A stretch of DNA of 63,575 bases, filler included, from Diploschistes diacapsis (Eukaryota): NCBI GenBank assembly GCA_023645945.1. It is 22 parts of 22 records of this genome, joined end to end, with 100 filler letters (N's around TTAATTAATTAA, not from the genome) between each part and the next. Parts side by side here need not be neighbours in the genome. Positions count along the whole stretch, not along the records: positions 19,357 to 38,608 come from JALAIB010000379.1; 21 more parts are not named here. One strand, 5' to 3'. This document shows positions 24,901 to 36,826 of the stretch, piece after piece (the first letter of the stretch is position 1; every line of letters starts with the position of its first letter). The notes below the pieces were generated by a model. That model was given only the letters and a program-made list of their open reading frames with translations, searched no databases and had not been told where the DNA came from. Position numbers and translations under genes: made by a program.

Positions 24901-26115
24901 CAAAGTGCAAGACACCCTTCGCCAGTGTGTTCCGGAGGCCGACCGCAACTGCTTGTACGTCGATATTCTCCGGGTCACGCTTGGACTAGAAACACGCACG
25001 TCGTGGTGGTCCCAGTGTAACATCTTGCCTACTTTGATGATCGCAGCGTCGCGGATTAGATGGATAGTGGAATTGCGGCGCCGGTCACTGTTCCTTTTAC
25101 TTTTTGCCCAAGACGCCTGGGGCAGGTGCATCCTGTTGTGACTTTCCCTTGGCCGTAGGGGCTGCCAGCAAAGCAGAGCAGCTAGCCAGGAATCAAATGT
25201 CTCAGGCACATGCGGCCGCAGGTGGACACACGAGCTCAAGGCGCGTGTCGATATCTCCAGAAAACTCGATTGAGATTCTTGGTCAGTCTGAGTCCTAACT
25301 TTGCACCCTCGTAGATCGGGTATCAAAGTCTTTGCATGCGAGGGATCGCCCTTCATCTGATATACCAGGTTTCCAGAGGCAACATTGATCGCACAGTATC
25401 CCGTCACCCAGGCGCCGGATTTGGTTGTACGAACCGATAGAATTCCATGCATCCTTCCGGTAGTCGTTTTCATAAGCTGCAGAATTCTCGCAGTATCCGT
25501 TGAGGGACTTGCCATAGGCGGTGCGGTGGCGAGCAACTTGTCCGCAGCAGGGGAGAGAGGCCTCGGTGGAGATTTAACGAGTCTGTGGCGCTGCTGAGTC
25601 GTCTGCTGAAAGCCCACAATAGAAGGAAATCCGATCGAAGACGATTCGCTCGAGTCTGCACTGGTTGTCGCAGATATGGCATTGACCGATCCAAGCCGAC
25701 TTCTGCCTTTAGGAGCTATTCCACTAGGCGAGCGGTCCCGAACCACCTCTTCCATCGTCCGCGTCCGAGGGCGACATGGTGAGCCCGGTCCGGTCCCAAG
25801 CGGTTGTTGTCCAATCCCGACATTGCTGTTCGTACTACGATCATGAGCTTGGCTCTGCCCATAGAGGCCTCCCGAGGCTGATGGAGAAGCTGCCACACTG
25901 GACTTGTTGCCGGGCGATCCGAGTGGGAAAGCCTTCACCGGAGCTGTATCTGGTGCCACGGTCCGTATACTTCCCTGTGCGAAGTCTTCGGTGTATATTT
26001 GACCGTGCCGATCGCTCGACTGAGCTCTTTTGCTGGTGCGACGTTGAAGACCGGGTATGGATTGGTCAAAGACACCCGAATGCCTCTTTTTGCCATTCCG
26101 TTGTCTGCCCTCCAT
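21938..26115 (-). CDS. BUD2: Ras GTPase-activating protein with C2 and RasGAP domains (Bud2/Cla2-like); one intron near 23290-23240
   Basis: C2 NPFWREDYEF; arginine-finger LLFRGNSLLTK; SGFLFLRFLCPAVLNPKLFGL; splice gives LLK-DHPRPRAIRTLTLIAKSLQCLAN...KEPWMEPMN. Confidence 0.88.
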
Positions 26116-29100
26116 TGCCCAACTCTTGAACCCCGCCTAGATGCTTCGCAGCGCTGTGCGACGGTGTCACCGGCCGACGTCCCGCTTAAGGGCAATCTTG
26201 AGTCCTCTGGCTGGCTTTAACATGTCCACGTTGAATACTAGGCCTTGAGGTATACAGCTTCAAGCAGTGAGAGCTGGTTTTTGGACGTGGAAGGTCGCTA
26301 GCCGCGTACGGATGCGCTGTGTGAGCTTGGGAGGGCGGGTGAGTCGCAACATAGACTCGAGATTGATAGCGAAATCATTAATCAAAGGTACTGGCAGTCC
26401 ATGAAAGAGTACTAGTACCAGTAGCAGTACTTGCCTACCCACCTAGTACATACTACTTGGTAAATACTTTGTGAATCAACCAGCGGCAAGTGCGGGAACA
26501 ACTACATGTACTACCAAGCACAAACACTCACATATGCATTCAAGTTGCAACATGCCCCCGCTGCCAGTAATCGTTAATTCATGTCCTTTAGCTACATGTC
26601 GTGTTAGTGTCCAAGTGCTAACTCGGCTCTTTTCATCTACACGTACTCGTTAAAGAAGAGCTTTCGATATGCAATCGCTGGGCAGCACGCAAATGATATG
26701 AGCAAGACTATATAGTCTGTGGAGAGCTTCAAGTAGCTCAGGCCTGTTTTATACTTGACCTGAAGCAGTGTGTCTGGTGTGCTAATTATTCTTGATTATT
26801 CTTGATATTGCCTGGGTACTATGAATTAAGCTCTTTGAGAAATCACTTTCCCTGCAGCAGATCCCTATCATTATCAAGCGTACATCTAAATAGTACTAGC
26901 ATGGAAGACCAGATCATTAATTCAGGTACTACTGCCACGCCTGTTCACGCAGATGAACGCATGAGATCCGTGGAGTATTTTCAAACCCCTTGGAAGTGCA
27001 GCAAGTGCTACACTGCTCAATCCGCTTCGACACTGCGGCAGTGCGGCTGGCGCCCCAGTGTCCACAGTTCCCGATGCGCTCCGATCTCATATCCTCGTGT
27101 TGATGAGGTATTTCATGAGGCATTTGTTAGGTGTCACCATCGCGATGTTGACACATACCCAACTGGGCGTTGGATACTGGACGCCGCACGTCATCCATTT
27201 AAACCATTCCATACCAAGAGCGCTCAAGGATAAGGTCCCTGAACTCCAACTTCGGATCTTTCAGTGCATGGAACACACCCCGTCCAAGAGCAGACCGGCT
27301 CTTTGAATACTATGTCCCTGTCCCTGAGCAGTTAGCACTGTATAAGGTGAGCCTCCGTGAATTTGAACCACAGCTATAGGCCAGCCACCATCAATCCTTC
27401 ATCCTGTCGCGTTAATGATGGGCATACTCCGTATAGAGAGTTCTAGTCTCAAAACCCGCGAGCCGCTTTAAAGGGGCGCTGACATGTTGAAGTAGACTCA
27501 TCGGCGCGTGACTGCGAATCCTCTGCTTGTCACTTTAAGCGAGATCCTGGCAGAACCGAGCCTCTGAAGCAGGGTGGAGCGATTCCTATCTGCCAGTCTG
27601 GGTCTCTATCGTCGATGGCCTTGGGAGGCATCAAGAGAGGAAGCATCTTCACTTGATCGCTTGCTTCCTCGGTCGTTTCTGTTACAGCTTCGGTTCTCCT
27701 GTAGCTATCGTTATGATTTTAGGCCCTTAGCTGCGACCTAAACCCAACATATTCCATGTGTTTCTATAGTTCTATCCCCGAGAGCACTGCAGAATTTCAA
27801 GGATTGTACCCAGGTGAGAACGTTGTGGCTATTGGAACTTGCGGCACACAGCAATGCGACAGTAGTTGGCAGATGTGCAAGGTTACATGCCAAAGGTCTT
27901 CAATCGCTGGGCGTTGAGCTTTTGCAACCTCAACTACAGGAAGCAGCCTAATGTCACCACGATAGGAAACGCAGCAAAATGTGGCGAAAATAATATACAA
28001 AGAGATAGAAATCGAGAACTGATACCAACAAGAAGCAGCAGAACATGGCATTTGCACGCCCGGCTTGTTCCGGTAGATACATACTGAGTCTATTGTAACA
28101 TATGGTACACCGCGAATCGTAGCTGGACTTGTGTCTTGACCATATGCGACACTCGTATCGCTGTTGAACTCCTTCTCTTCATTCGAATTTCATGCGCCGC
28201 CGACTAATATATTGTTGACTGGTATGTGAACTATTTCGGATAAGTCAGCAAAAGACATTCGTGACCACGGCCCCATTCAGAATGCCAACTACAGCAAAGG
28301 GACCAAATTTGGAGGAGACATACTCAGCTTCACGACATATCCTACAACCCCCATAAGCAAGAACCCAACACCTACGGCCTTCTATTGAGTGTTAGAGGCT
28401 CAGGCGAATGTCGAGATTGACTCGGACAGAGTTTTCCAGTACACTTATCTGCAGGAACTCTTTCTGGTCAGGTTTTGTGCAGCGGTTCAGAAAGTTTTGA
28501 CCTAAAACGATCAATGAAGGTTCCCGACGCTTCTACAGACTGGACTACCATCTCTATAATACCATGGATGTCAGTCGCAAGGTACTAGCTTTTCTTGCAG
28601 AGGATCGACTGGTTGCGGAGCGCGCCGAAAACTTACTGGAGGAACTCTCGTGGCGTGTCTAGAACGTCTTTCATGATGTTTTGGCTCGACATCCTGGGAT
28701 ATGATTGTGAGGCGAGAAGTAGGTAGCTGGGTGATGGTAGCTAAAGAACAACTCGGAGCGGAAGTGCGGCCTGGATTCGAGGGGCAATTGCTTGTAACGG
28801 GTTTATTCTTGCAATATTCGGCTTGGGTTTCTAGACCAAGAACGTCTCCAGCTAGCGTGAAGTGGAGATGAGGATGTTCAGAGCTTTGCGCAGATGTTCA
28901 GGTTGTGTGCTTCACCAAAGGCCACGGTGGATGAACTTCCAGGTCGCGTCGGGCAGCTAGCTTTGATTACTAAGTCCCTTCAATCTCAAGTTGTGGGCTG
29001 TCGTAACCGCTGCCCCTGGGGTATTTTAGCGACCTAATCTTCCTGTTTTCACCAAGTAAAAAAGTGAAGAGCTATCATTTAAATCAAATCAACTTGCGAT

Positions 29101-29172
29101 CATGTCTATCATATTATATACACATTATTCAAAACAATATACCAAGGCACGCCTTCCTCATCTAGTTTACAG

Positions 29173-30834
29173 TTACGGAATGTTAGAGACCTCCAACAAT
29201 TGATGGATTAAATCCACAGACTCGCTGTCGTCGTGCCTGCCTGTGTGCTCGTCAATCGCATTAATACTCATCCTTTGTTCTACTCTGTTATGTCCCAACA
29301 TCATCTGAGGCTGCTCGCTTCCTGCGTTCGCATGCGCAGTATTAGTCGAGTGCATCTGCATTGGAGAAGCAATCGTTGACATTCCGCTGTTCATAGGGGT
29401 TGGATTCAAAAGAGTCTGCGATGTGTAGTCCATTATTTGGGGATCGAGTGGCAGGTCATCGTATGTCGTCAGCGACCCTTGCATGCCCGGAATCGGTCTG
29501 TTAGACTGAAGCAGTGAGTGTGGGGTTTGATAGGAAAAATGGCTCTGAATTTGAGACGAAGAATGAGCTCGTAAATCACTTTCATTGTCTTGCAGTGAAG
29601 GTCTTCTCGTCCGCTTTCCTGTCACTACTGGCATTCCGTTATTCGTCTGCTCGAAGCTCACTATCCGCTCTATTTCCTGGTTTGGGTCGTTCTGCACCAA
29701 CGCATGAGCGTTTGCGAAATGGGACTTTCGCGCATTCGCAGGCTGGATTGTTTCCACCCGCGTATTCGCAATCTTGTTGGTTTCTTTACACTCCGGACAG
29801 TTTTTGATGACAAGGGATACCGTGTCCTTGATTCGAACCCAATGGTATTTTTCGGCTACTGTTGCTGTCGTCTTGTTGATGCCGCCATGGGATGCTAGGT
29901 GTAACGAGCGGGCAATGTCGTACTGCTTCTGGGGGTCGGAAATGACTTCTTTATCTTTTAACATCAGTTTTTCCTCGTCACCTTCTACTGCCGATGGCAA
30001 AAGTTTGTAGTGGGTGGCCGCACTACGCAGACGAGACTTTTCTGCTCGATCCGCGCTTGGAGGGTATTTGCCGTGCTTGAGATAGTACCGAATCTTGTCG
30101 AATCTCTCTTCGGCCACATAGTCCTCGCCCTCAGGACCCAAGTCTCGGCCATAGATGATGGCGTCGATCATCTCATCAGGGTACGAACGCAGGTTTCCGC
30201 AGCCTTTGACCCGTCCTATCCGTTTGAAGCCAAGGGCATCCCAGATTCGGCAGGAAGCCACGTTGGTTTCGTAGACGAGATTAAACACAGAATACGTGTA
30301 GCCTAGTTTAGGCGCCCATTCTAAATAGCATTCGCCCATTAGTCGTCCGACGCCCTTGTTTCTCGCGGCGTCCGTGACGAGGAAGCCACCGTTGCATACA
30401 TGGCTGGAGCGGCCAGGGTAGTTTGGTTTCACATAGAAGCTTCCGAGACACTGCTTCGCCCAATCTATGCCCTGCTTCTCCATCTGCATCAGTTCGTCCC
30501 CGTTTTGGATCTCTCCAGTGACCATTATGGCTCCAAAGTTCTGAAACCAGTAGCCACCAAATGTCTCCACAGGCATTGGCGCGATCATAGGATAAGTATC
30601 TCCCTTCTCAATTTCACGATTAAGTTGGTCGGAAAGATAGCTCAAAAGACCGAAGGGTACCTGAAAAGCCGCGGAGAAGGGTAGTAAGGTAGCCGTGGTG
30701 ATTCGGTCCCTCAGGGTTACTTGCCTAGACTCAATTGTGTCCGGAATCCCGTTATGGTGAGGAGTCGGATAAGGTGGTTCCCCGGATGTACGATATAAAG
30801 GTGGTGCAGTCGGATCATCCAACATAGCTGGCAT
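29173..30834 (-). CDS. SPT10: GNAT histone acetyltransferase Spt10-like with H2C2 zinc finger
   Basis: GDTYP, LGSFYVKPNYPGRSSHVCNGGFLV, GYTYSVFNLVYETN; HLASHGGINKTTA...YHW...CPEC. Confidence 0.9.
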   Translation of the reverse strand: MPAMLDDPTAPPLYRTSGEPPYPTPHHNGIPDTIESRQVTLRDRITTATLLPFSAAFQVPFGLLSYLSDQLNREIEKGDTYPMIAPMPVETFGGYWFQNFGAIMVTGEIQNGDELMQMEKQGIDWAKQCLGSFYVKPNYPGRSSHVCNGGFLVTDAARNKGVGRLMGECYLEWAPKLGYTYSVFNLVYETNVASCRIWDALGFKRIGRVKGCGNLRSYPDEMIDAIIYGRDLGPEGEDYVAEERFDKIRYYLKHGKYPPSADRAEKSRLRSAATHYKLLPSAVEGDEEKLMLKDKEVISDPQKQYDIARSLHLASHGGINKTTATVAEKYHWVRIKDTVSLVIKNCPECKETNKIANTRVETIQPANARKSHFANAHALVQNDPNQEIERIVSFEQTNNGMPVVTGKRTRRPSLQDNESDLRAHSSSQIQSHFSYQTPHSLLQSNRPIPGMQGSLTTYDDLPLDPQIMDYTSQTLLNPTPMNSGMSTIASPMQMHSTNTAHANAGSEQPQMMLGHNRVEQRMSINAIDEHTGRHDDSESVDLIHQLLEVSNIP

Positions 30835-31441
30835 AATGGATAAGAACTCTCAGCAACGGCCCCTTTCCACGAAAAGTAACCTTTGGTAAATTTGCAGAGA
30901 TAACTGCACAAAACTCTGTCAGAATTAGCTCGCAGTACGAGTCCTGAGGCCAGCCCACGCAAGTACTCGGCTTTTACAACAGCCATGTAACTTTTTAATT
31001 CTGGTCCCAACGGGAAGGAGGGAATAGCAATGGGCAGCAAATCCAAGTTACTGAAAGCGGGAACTTACCAATGAGGTTAGGGTTTGAGCTTCTTGTTGAA
31101 CATTTTGTACTGTGACGAGATGTACGGAGAGATAACGTAGTGTTAAAGAAGGAAAAGGCACTGGGCACGGATGGGGTACAGTGAAAAACGAAGGTTCAAG
31201 TTCATGCCTAGGTTGTTGTCTTGGTAAGTTGTCATATCATGTATCCGGCATCCGAGTCCGAATTATCGGTTACCAAAGCTTGGACTCTTGGCGCACATGA
31301 CTTGCATTCAATTTTCTCCTAGGAGCACTTTTAATCTATTTGGGTTGCGAGGAGCACAGTCTACCGAGCATAAGCCTCCAAACCCAAACCATTGCCTGAA
31401 GCTATTTGTATTTCCAACAGTCAAGTTGCTTGTAAGTCAAG

Positions 31442-33633
31442 ATGCCCAAGGAGCACAAAAAGCGCGGAAGGCGTGATGAGAAGAAGCGCAAACGACAAGA
31501 GCAGACCGATACACCTAAATCCAAACGTCAGAAAGCTAATGACGATATGAACGATGACCAAGGACTACAAGTAGACCAGCCTCATGAGGGGCCGTTTGAT
31601 GAAGAGCCCTACACTCCCTTTGAAACCAGCGTTGGAGGCGGAGAGTTCTATGGGCTGCTTGACGAGGAAGAACAAGCTTACTTCAAGAGAGCTGACAACA
31701 TTCTTGAGTTGAACCAGTTCGCAGCCCCAGAAGAGCGGAGATTGTTCCTCGAAAGCGTTTGGAACGAGGCTCGAGGAAAAGAGCTCAAGCTTGCTAATAG
31801 CCAGTCTTGCTCGCGGCTAATGGAAAAGTTGATACAGCTCTCGACTGGCAGTCAATTGAAGAATTTGTTTCAGAAGTTTAACGGCCAGTAGGTCCCTGCT
31901 GCCCATAGTTTTCAAGATGAGCTGATTTCTTTAGTTTCCTTTCTCTTGTCCAGCACAGGTTTGCGTCTCACTGTTGCGAAGCATTGTTCATATGCTCCGC
32001 CCCGGTTGTGACCGAGGAGCTTAGAACTGGGTCTGGATCTATCACTGCTGGGGGAAATGAGAATGCGTCAATGGAGCAACACTTCCTCGAAGTTGTTAAC
32101 GAGCTGCAAGAGAGCATGGGCTTCTTGATGACGGATAGATTCGCTTCTCATGCTGTCCGAACTTTGCTTGCGGTGCTTTCCGGACGTCCTTTAGCGGACA
32201 CATCCACACAGTCATTGCTCAACGCCAAGAGTAAGGAACGAATCGGGGCAGTCCACCCGGGTCTCATCGAATCTGACCGTACCGTAATTCGTGCAGTGCC
32301 AGATACTTTCAAGAGATCTTTGGATAGTCTTGTGTTTAAGATGGCTGGAGGACTAGACGCTAGTTACCTAAGGGCTCTTGCAACGCAGCCACTGGGTAAT
32401 CCTGTCCTTCAGCTGCTTTTGGTGATCGAGTTCAGCGCGTCCGGTAAACAAAAGGCTAAAGATGAGCGGTCGTTGTTTCGAAAACTACTGCCAGAGATCC
32501 CTCCTGAAGAGGGCACAGTGAGTGCTACATTTATTCGTGGTCTTCTCTATGATCCAGTCGGCTCGCACTTACTAGAAACAATTGTTACTTATTCCCCAGG
32601 TAAGACTTTCAAGTCTATCTATCACGGACAATTCAGAGGCAACCTCAAGAGCATAAGTAGGAATGACAGTGCAAGCTATGTACTGATCAAAGCCTTGGAA
32701 AGACTCAGTGCGGATGACTTGCAAGACTTCTGGCAAGAGATTAGGCCTGAAATTCCCTCTCTAGTCGAACATTCGCGGGTGTCTGTCCTCCGGACGTTGA
32801 TCGAGAGGTATCATGTCAGACAGATAAGCGATCATGAAATTGCACAGGAGATCGGCAGTTGTTATGGCACACCCAGCGACATAAGTTTCAGAAATATGAT
32901 CAAACTAGATTCCGAGGATATAGAGGATATCTCCGCTCAGAGGAGAGCTCAGGTATCATTGAAAGACACGGAAAAATCTCATACATCGCTACTTCTGCAG
33001 AAAATGTTAGAATACCCAGGGTCATCACGTGAGATCGTGAACCAAGCTATTCTAGCAGCGAGATCTGAGTCCTTGATGAAAGCAGCCCTCGGGAGATTCT
33101 CATCTTACGTAATTCAGAGGTCCTTTCAGTGTCGGGACCAGTCCCAAAGCTTTCGGCGATCGCTCATGCATAAGTTCATAGGACGGGCAAGTGAATTGGC
33201 CACGAACCCCGTCAGTTCCCACGTGCTAGACTCGATTTGGGCGGCTACCGCAGATCTGATGTTTCTTCGTGAACGGTATGCACAAGAGCTATCGCAAAAC
33301 GAGGGATTGCTTAGGGAATCGTTTCAAGGAAGGGTTGTATGGAGGGTATGGCTGTTAGACTTGTTCAAGAATAAGAGACAGTCTTGGATTGAGAAATCAA
33401 GAGAACATGATCGTCAGGCACTCGAAAACAAAGCAAGTCGGACAACGGATGGTATCCTGACGAAGAAAAGAGATATCGACATAGCGAGAGAGAGGTTTGC
33501 AGCACGCAAGCCCACTACGGCGAAAATAAATGCCAAGCAAGGTCATTCCTTGCGCACACAGAAACTATCATGCGGAGATCTGGACTTCAAGTCGAAGAGT
33601 ACGATTGGGCCAATAGGAAGTGGAGGAACATGA
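31442..33633 (+). CDS. NOP9: Nucleolar protein Nop9 (Pumilio-repeat); intron 31888-31934
   Basis: MPKEHKKRGRR; FYGLLDEEEQAYF; GKELKLANSQSCSRLME; QHRFASHCCE; DRFASHAVR; DPVGSHLLE. Confidence 0.93.
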
Positions 33634-33918
33634 ATTGAGATTTGAGGCTCATTGCCGATCGCAAGCTGATCATTAGCTGCACCTTCTTACCACATGCTGA
33701 GATTGCGTCAATGGACCCCTACAGCAAAGTTCAAGTAATCTTAATTATATACCCGTTAAAGTTACCTAGGTACAAACACATCATCATTTCGCTCCTGGCA
33801 AAAGTTATAATAAAGGTTTATTCTTTGTGCCAAACCTGTTGCACTGGCACCAAGGCCCTAGTTGGTCTCTTACATTCTCTCTCTACTTCATTGAGGTTAT
33901 ATTGCGACGCTATGGAGA

Positions 33919-35022
33919 ATGGATTTGATGGAGAAGACGGGCGTGAAGGATCTATTTAAAGCAGATCGAGCAGAAACAATCTCGAGGGTCAGTTATCCAA
34001 TATAACAAAGCAGGGCGTGGAGCTAGATTGATGGCACCAGCTTACTTGGACAGTTGCTCGATGGTGTCGAAGAGCTGTTAATTCTGTTCATTCGCAATGC
34101 GGACTATGATGCTGGTGTCAAGCACACTGGCCAAGGACTGCCCCTGCCGGGTAGAACAGGGACGGTGATAGTCGAGAGGCACGCTCCTAAAGGACATGAC
34201 ACACTTCTCAGACCATTTGTTCCTGTTGTCGGGCAAGGTTCTGCAGGTTTACTTAAAACGGTTAAAAATCCGCTTCGGTACAGCGTCAACACGTATGACG
34301 AGGGCTTCATGGACAAAATGTACACTGCCCACGGGCGCTCCTGGTATCGCCGTGGAGCTAGTCCTAGCAACTTTGAATACAAATCTCCATGTCTATGCTG
34401 TATCGCCTGCGTTGACGCTTCTTGAAAAAGAGGTGACTAGGGCGCTCGCTTCTCTGTTTGGCCTGAATGGTGAAGACTCTGGTGGAATTTCCTTTCAAGG
34501 TGGAGCAGTAAGTAATCTGTCAGAATCAAAATCTTTGGCAACTGCGTGCGCTGTTTTGGCTAACTTCCATGCCAGGACTCCATTACTTATTGCACGAATT
34601 AGAATGTTTCCAGCGACCTGGAGTCAGAGAATGGGTTCATTATCAAGGCCGCTTACGCTCTTCACGTCGACCGAACCACATTGCAGTATCTCGAGTGCCG
34701 CGCTTCTCCTGTACAAGCTATACCGGTTGACGAGAGAGGAGCGACGGATCCTTCGGCATTAGAATCAATAATGGAAGACTCTATCACTTCAGGTCACCAG
34801 CCGTTCCACGTTCGTGCTACGGCAGCTACCGCGATGAGAGGCGCTTTCGACCCCCTATGGCCATCTCTCAAATCTGCAAAAAGCATAGCATGTGGTTGCA
34901 CGTTGAAGGAGCTTGGGGAGGCCTTGTTATCTTTTCCGCTAAGCACAGGCACAAACTCAAGGGAACCCGAATTCGCAGACTCAATAGCTTGTAGCCCACA
35001 TCACCTGATGGGTGTTCCTTAA
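33919..35022 (+). pseudogene. Group II PLP-dependent decarboxylase (glutamate/cysteine-sulfinate decarboxylase-like), multiply frameshifted and truncated
   Basis: LRYSVNTYDEGFMDKMY, ATLNTNLHVYAVSPALT, SGGISFQGG, GAFDP, WLHVEGAWG and ADSIACSPHHLMGVP* lie in different frames; expected PLP lysine (PHK) reads PHH; C-terminal domain absent. Confidence 0.85.
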
Positions 35023-35286
35023 GATGGATAATAAACATTTACCAGCTGAAACCGAATTGCCCTAGTGTATGTGTAACATGCAAAAGCCCATGCACCTAGC
35101 CCGCTCTTCCTTTGTGCCCCTTCTCGCTCTCTTCTCGACAAGAGATCGAGGGAGACAGTACCCACTCCAACCCATTAATCCGTCCTCCCCTCTCTATAAC
35201 ATGATTACTTCTCCTCCATCCCCGAACCAGAAGCAAACCAAGAGGGGACCGATAATCATAGCTTCAAGCTCCGACTTGAGCTCTGC

Positions 35287-35906
35287 TCAAGATGCAAGAT
35301 CGCTCCTGAATACTGATAGCCAGTAGTAGACGAAACCGACAAACGCATTTATCACGGTTCGTAGAACCCACTGTTTGATGTTAAGAAAATGATCCTTGCG
35401 TACCCATCGGAGTAATTCTGGTGGGTTGTCTGAGTGCTCTTGCAGCTTGGCTTGTATCTGACAACACTCATTGTGTGTTAGATAACTAATTAGTGTCGAA
35501 CTTGCTGCTATCGAATTGTAGCATAGTAAGATCAGGTGCCAGTGGGGTGCCAAACTCGTCATTTCCTTATCCTCGATGGTAAGGATGAGGCTGGTCGTAG
35601 CAGTGGCGAGTGAGAAGACTGTGTTGAGGTAGCGGGGTTGTAGGTATTTCAAGAAGATGTCTCTGGTGTTAACTGGAAAACGCTGCTCAGGTTAGTTAGT
35701 TATTGATGGAGGTATCGACTTGTACTTACAGCGTGTGATGATGCATCGTTAGTGAGACGCGCCGAATCCGCCGAATCGCCGCCAGACATGTCTAAATAGA
35801 TGTCCTTGCTGTGTGTAGAATGTTTCACAGATACAGCTGTAGAGTATATATGATCTGGTATGTTATCGTCAACATCGTAGCTTGGGGGAAGAAGGCTATA
35901 TGCCAT
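35287..35906 (-). CDS. Hypothetical small membrane protein, 2 exons (intron 35729-35683)
   Basis: GTAAGT...ACTAAC...CAG intron joins ORFs 35700-35906 and 35287-35652 in frame; about 3 hydrophobic segments. Confidence 0.6.
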
Positions 35907-36826
35907 CTTGCTGTTTAAGTTGGGTTGCTGTGCGATGCGTCGAGTTTAGGCAAGAGCAAAGTGAGAGAGCTTGCTTAAAAACAAAAAAAACAGTAGGAAT
36001 TGGAATTTTTCAAGTCCGAACGAGCGACGGTGGGGGGGGGGGTTCAAAGCTTAGGAAATAACATGCACCGTGAAGCATTCTCTAGTATCTGTTTTCAATA
36101 AGTCAGTGCGCTTATAAGTCTGGCTGTTCACTATAGACCTCACTTTGAATGATGTTGCGTGAGCTTCAAACTTCAAAATCCTTTTTAACCTAGCTCCTCC
36201 TGCTAGCGTTGAAGCTTTTCCTTCGCCCCGGAACTTGCAGTATCTAACAATACTACATACATAATCTGTTTATCTCAGAAGCATCGCCTACGCCGCTCCT
36301 TCTCCACTGTTAAAAGTAGTATGGATTTGAATGTTATTAAATACCTCCGTACCTACCGAAATCCTCACACCTACCATGGCAGCATTTCCTCGCAAATCAC
36401 CTGACATTGCACCCGCATAGCGTTGTTCCAGAGATGAATCTGCGATACAGAAGGCATATGGGGAAATCACTGAAGGAGGTTCACCGCTCTATGGCATGGT
36501 ATCATCAATAAGCATGAAAGTTGTGAGGAATGGCGAGTTCCAAGGCCCTCCGGCGGAGCGTATCGGTGCGTAAATGACTTTGAATTGAAATCATTTGCAA
36601 TGTGGAGAACGTCTTATACTTATTCAAAGTATCTCGCCGAAATACAATGACAATTCTCGGTAACACTCCACACCATATCCTTGTATATCTTTCCTGCTCT
36701 AAATGCCTGACCTATTCCTGAGACAACCTTAGAATCACAACAAAATCTCTGCTTTGGGCATCCTCGTATTTGAAAAGCGCTGCCCAGCGAGATTAACAGA
36801 GACCCCTTAGATTTTTGCCATACTCG

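Noticed and set aside
29780..29910. Integrase-like H2C2 zinc finger in a host gene as a new domestication event
   Set aside because: It is the known DNA-binding zinc finger of Spt10
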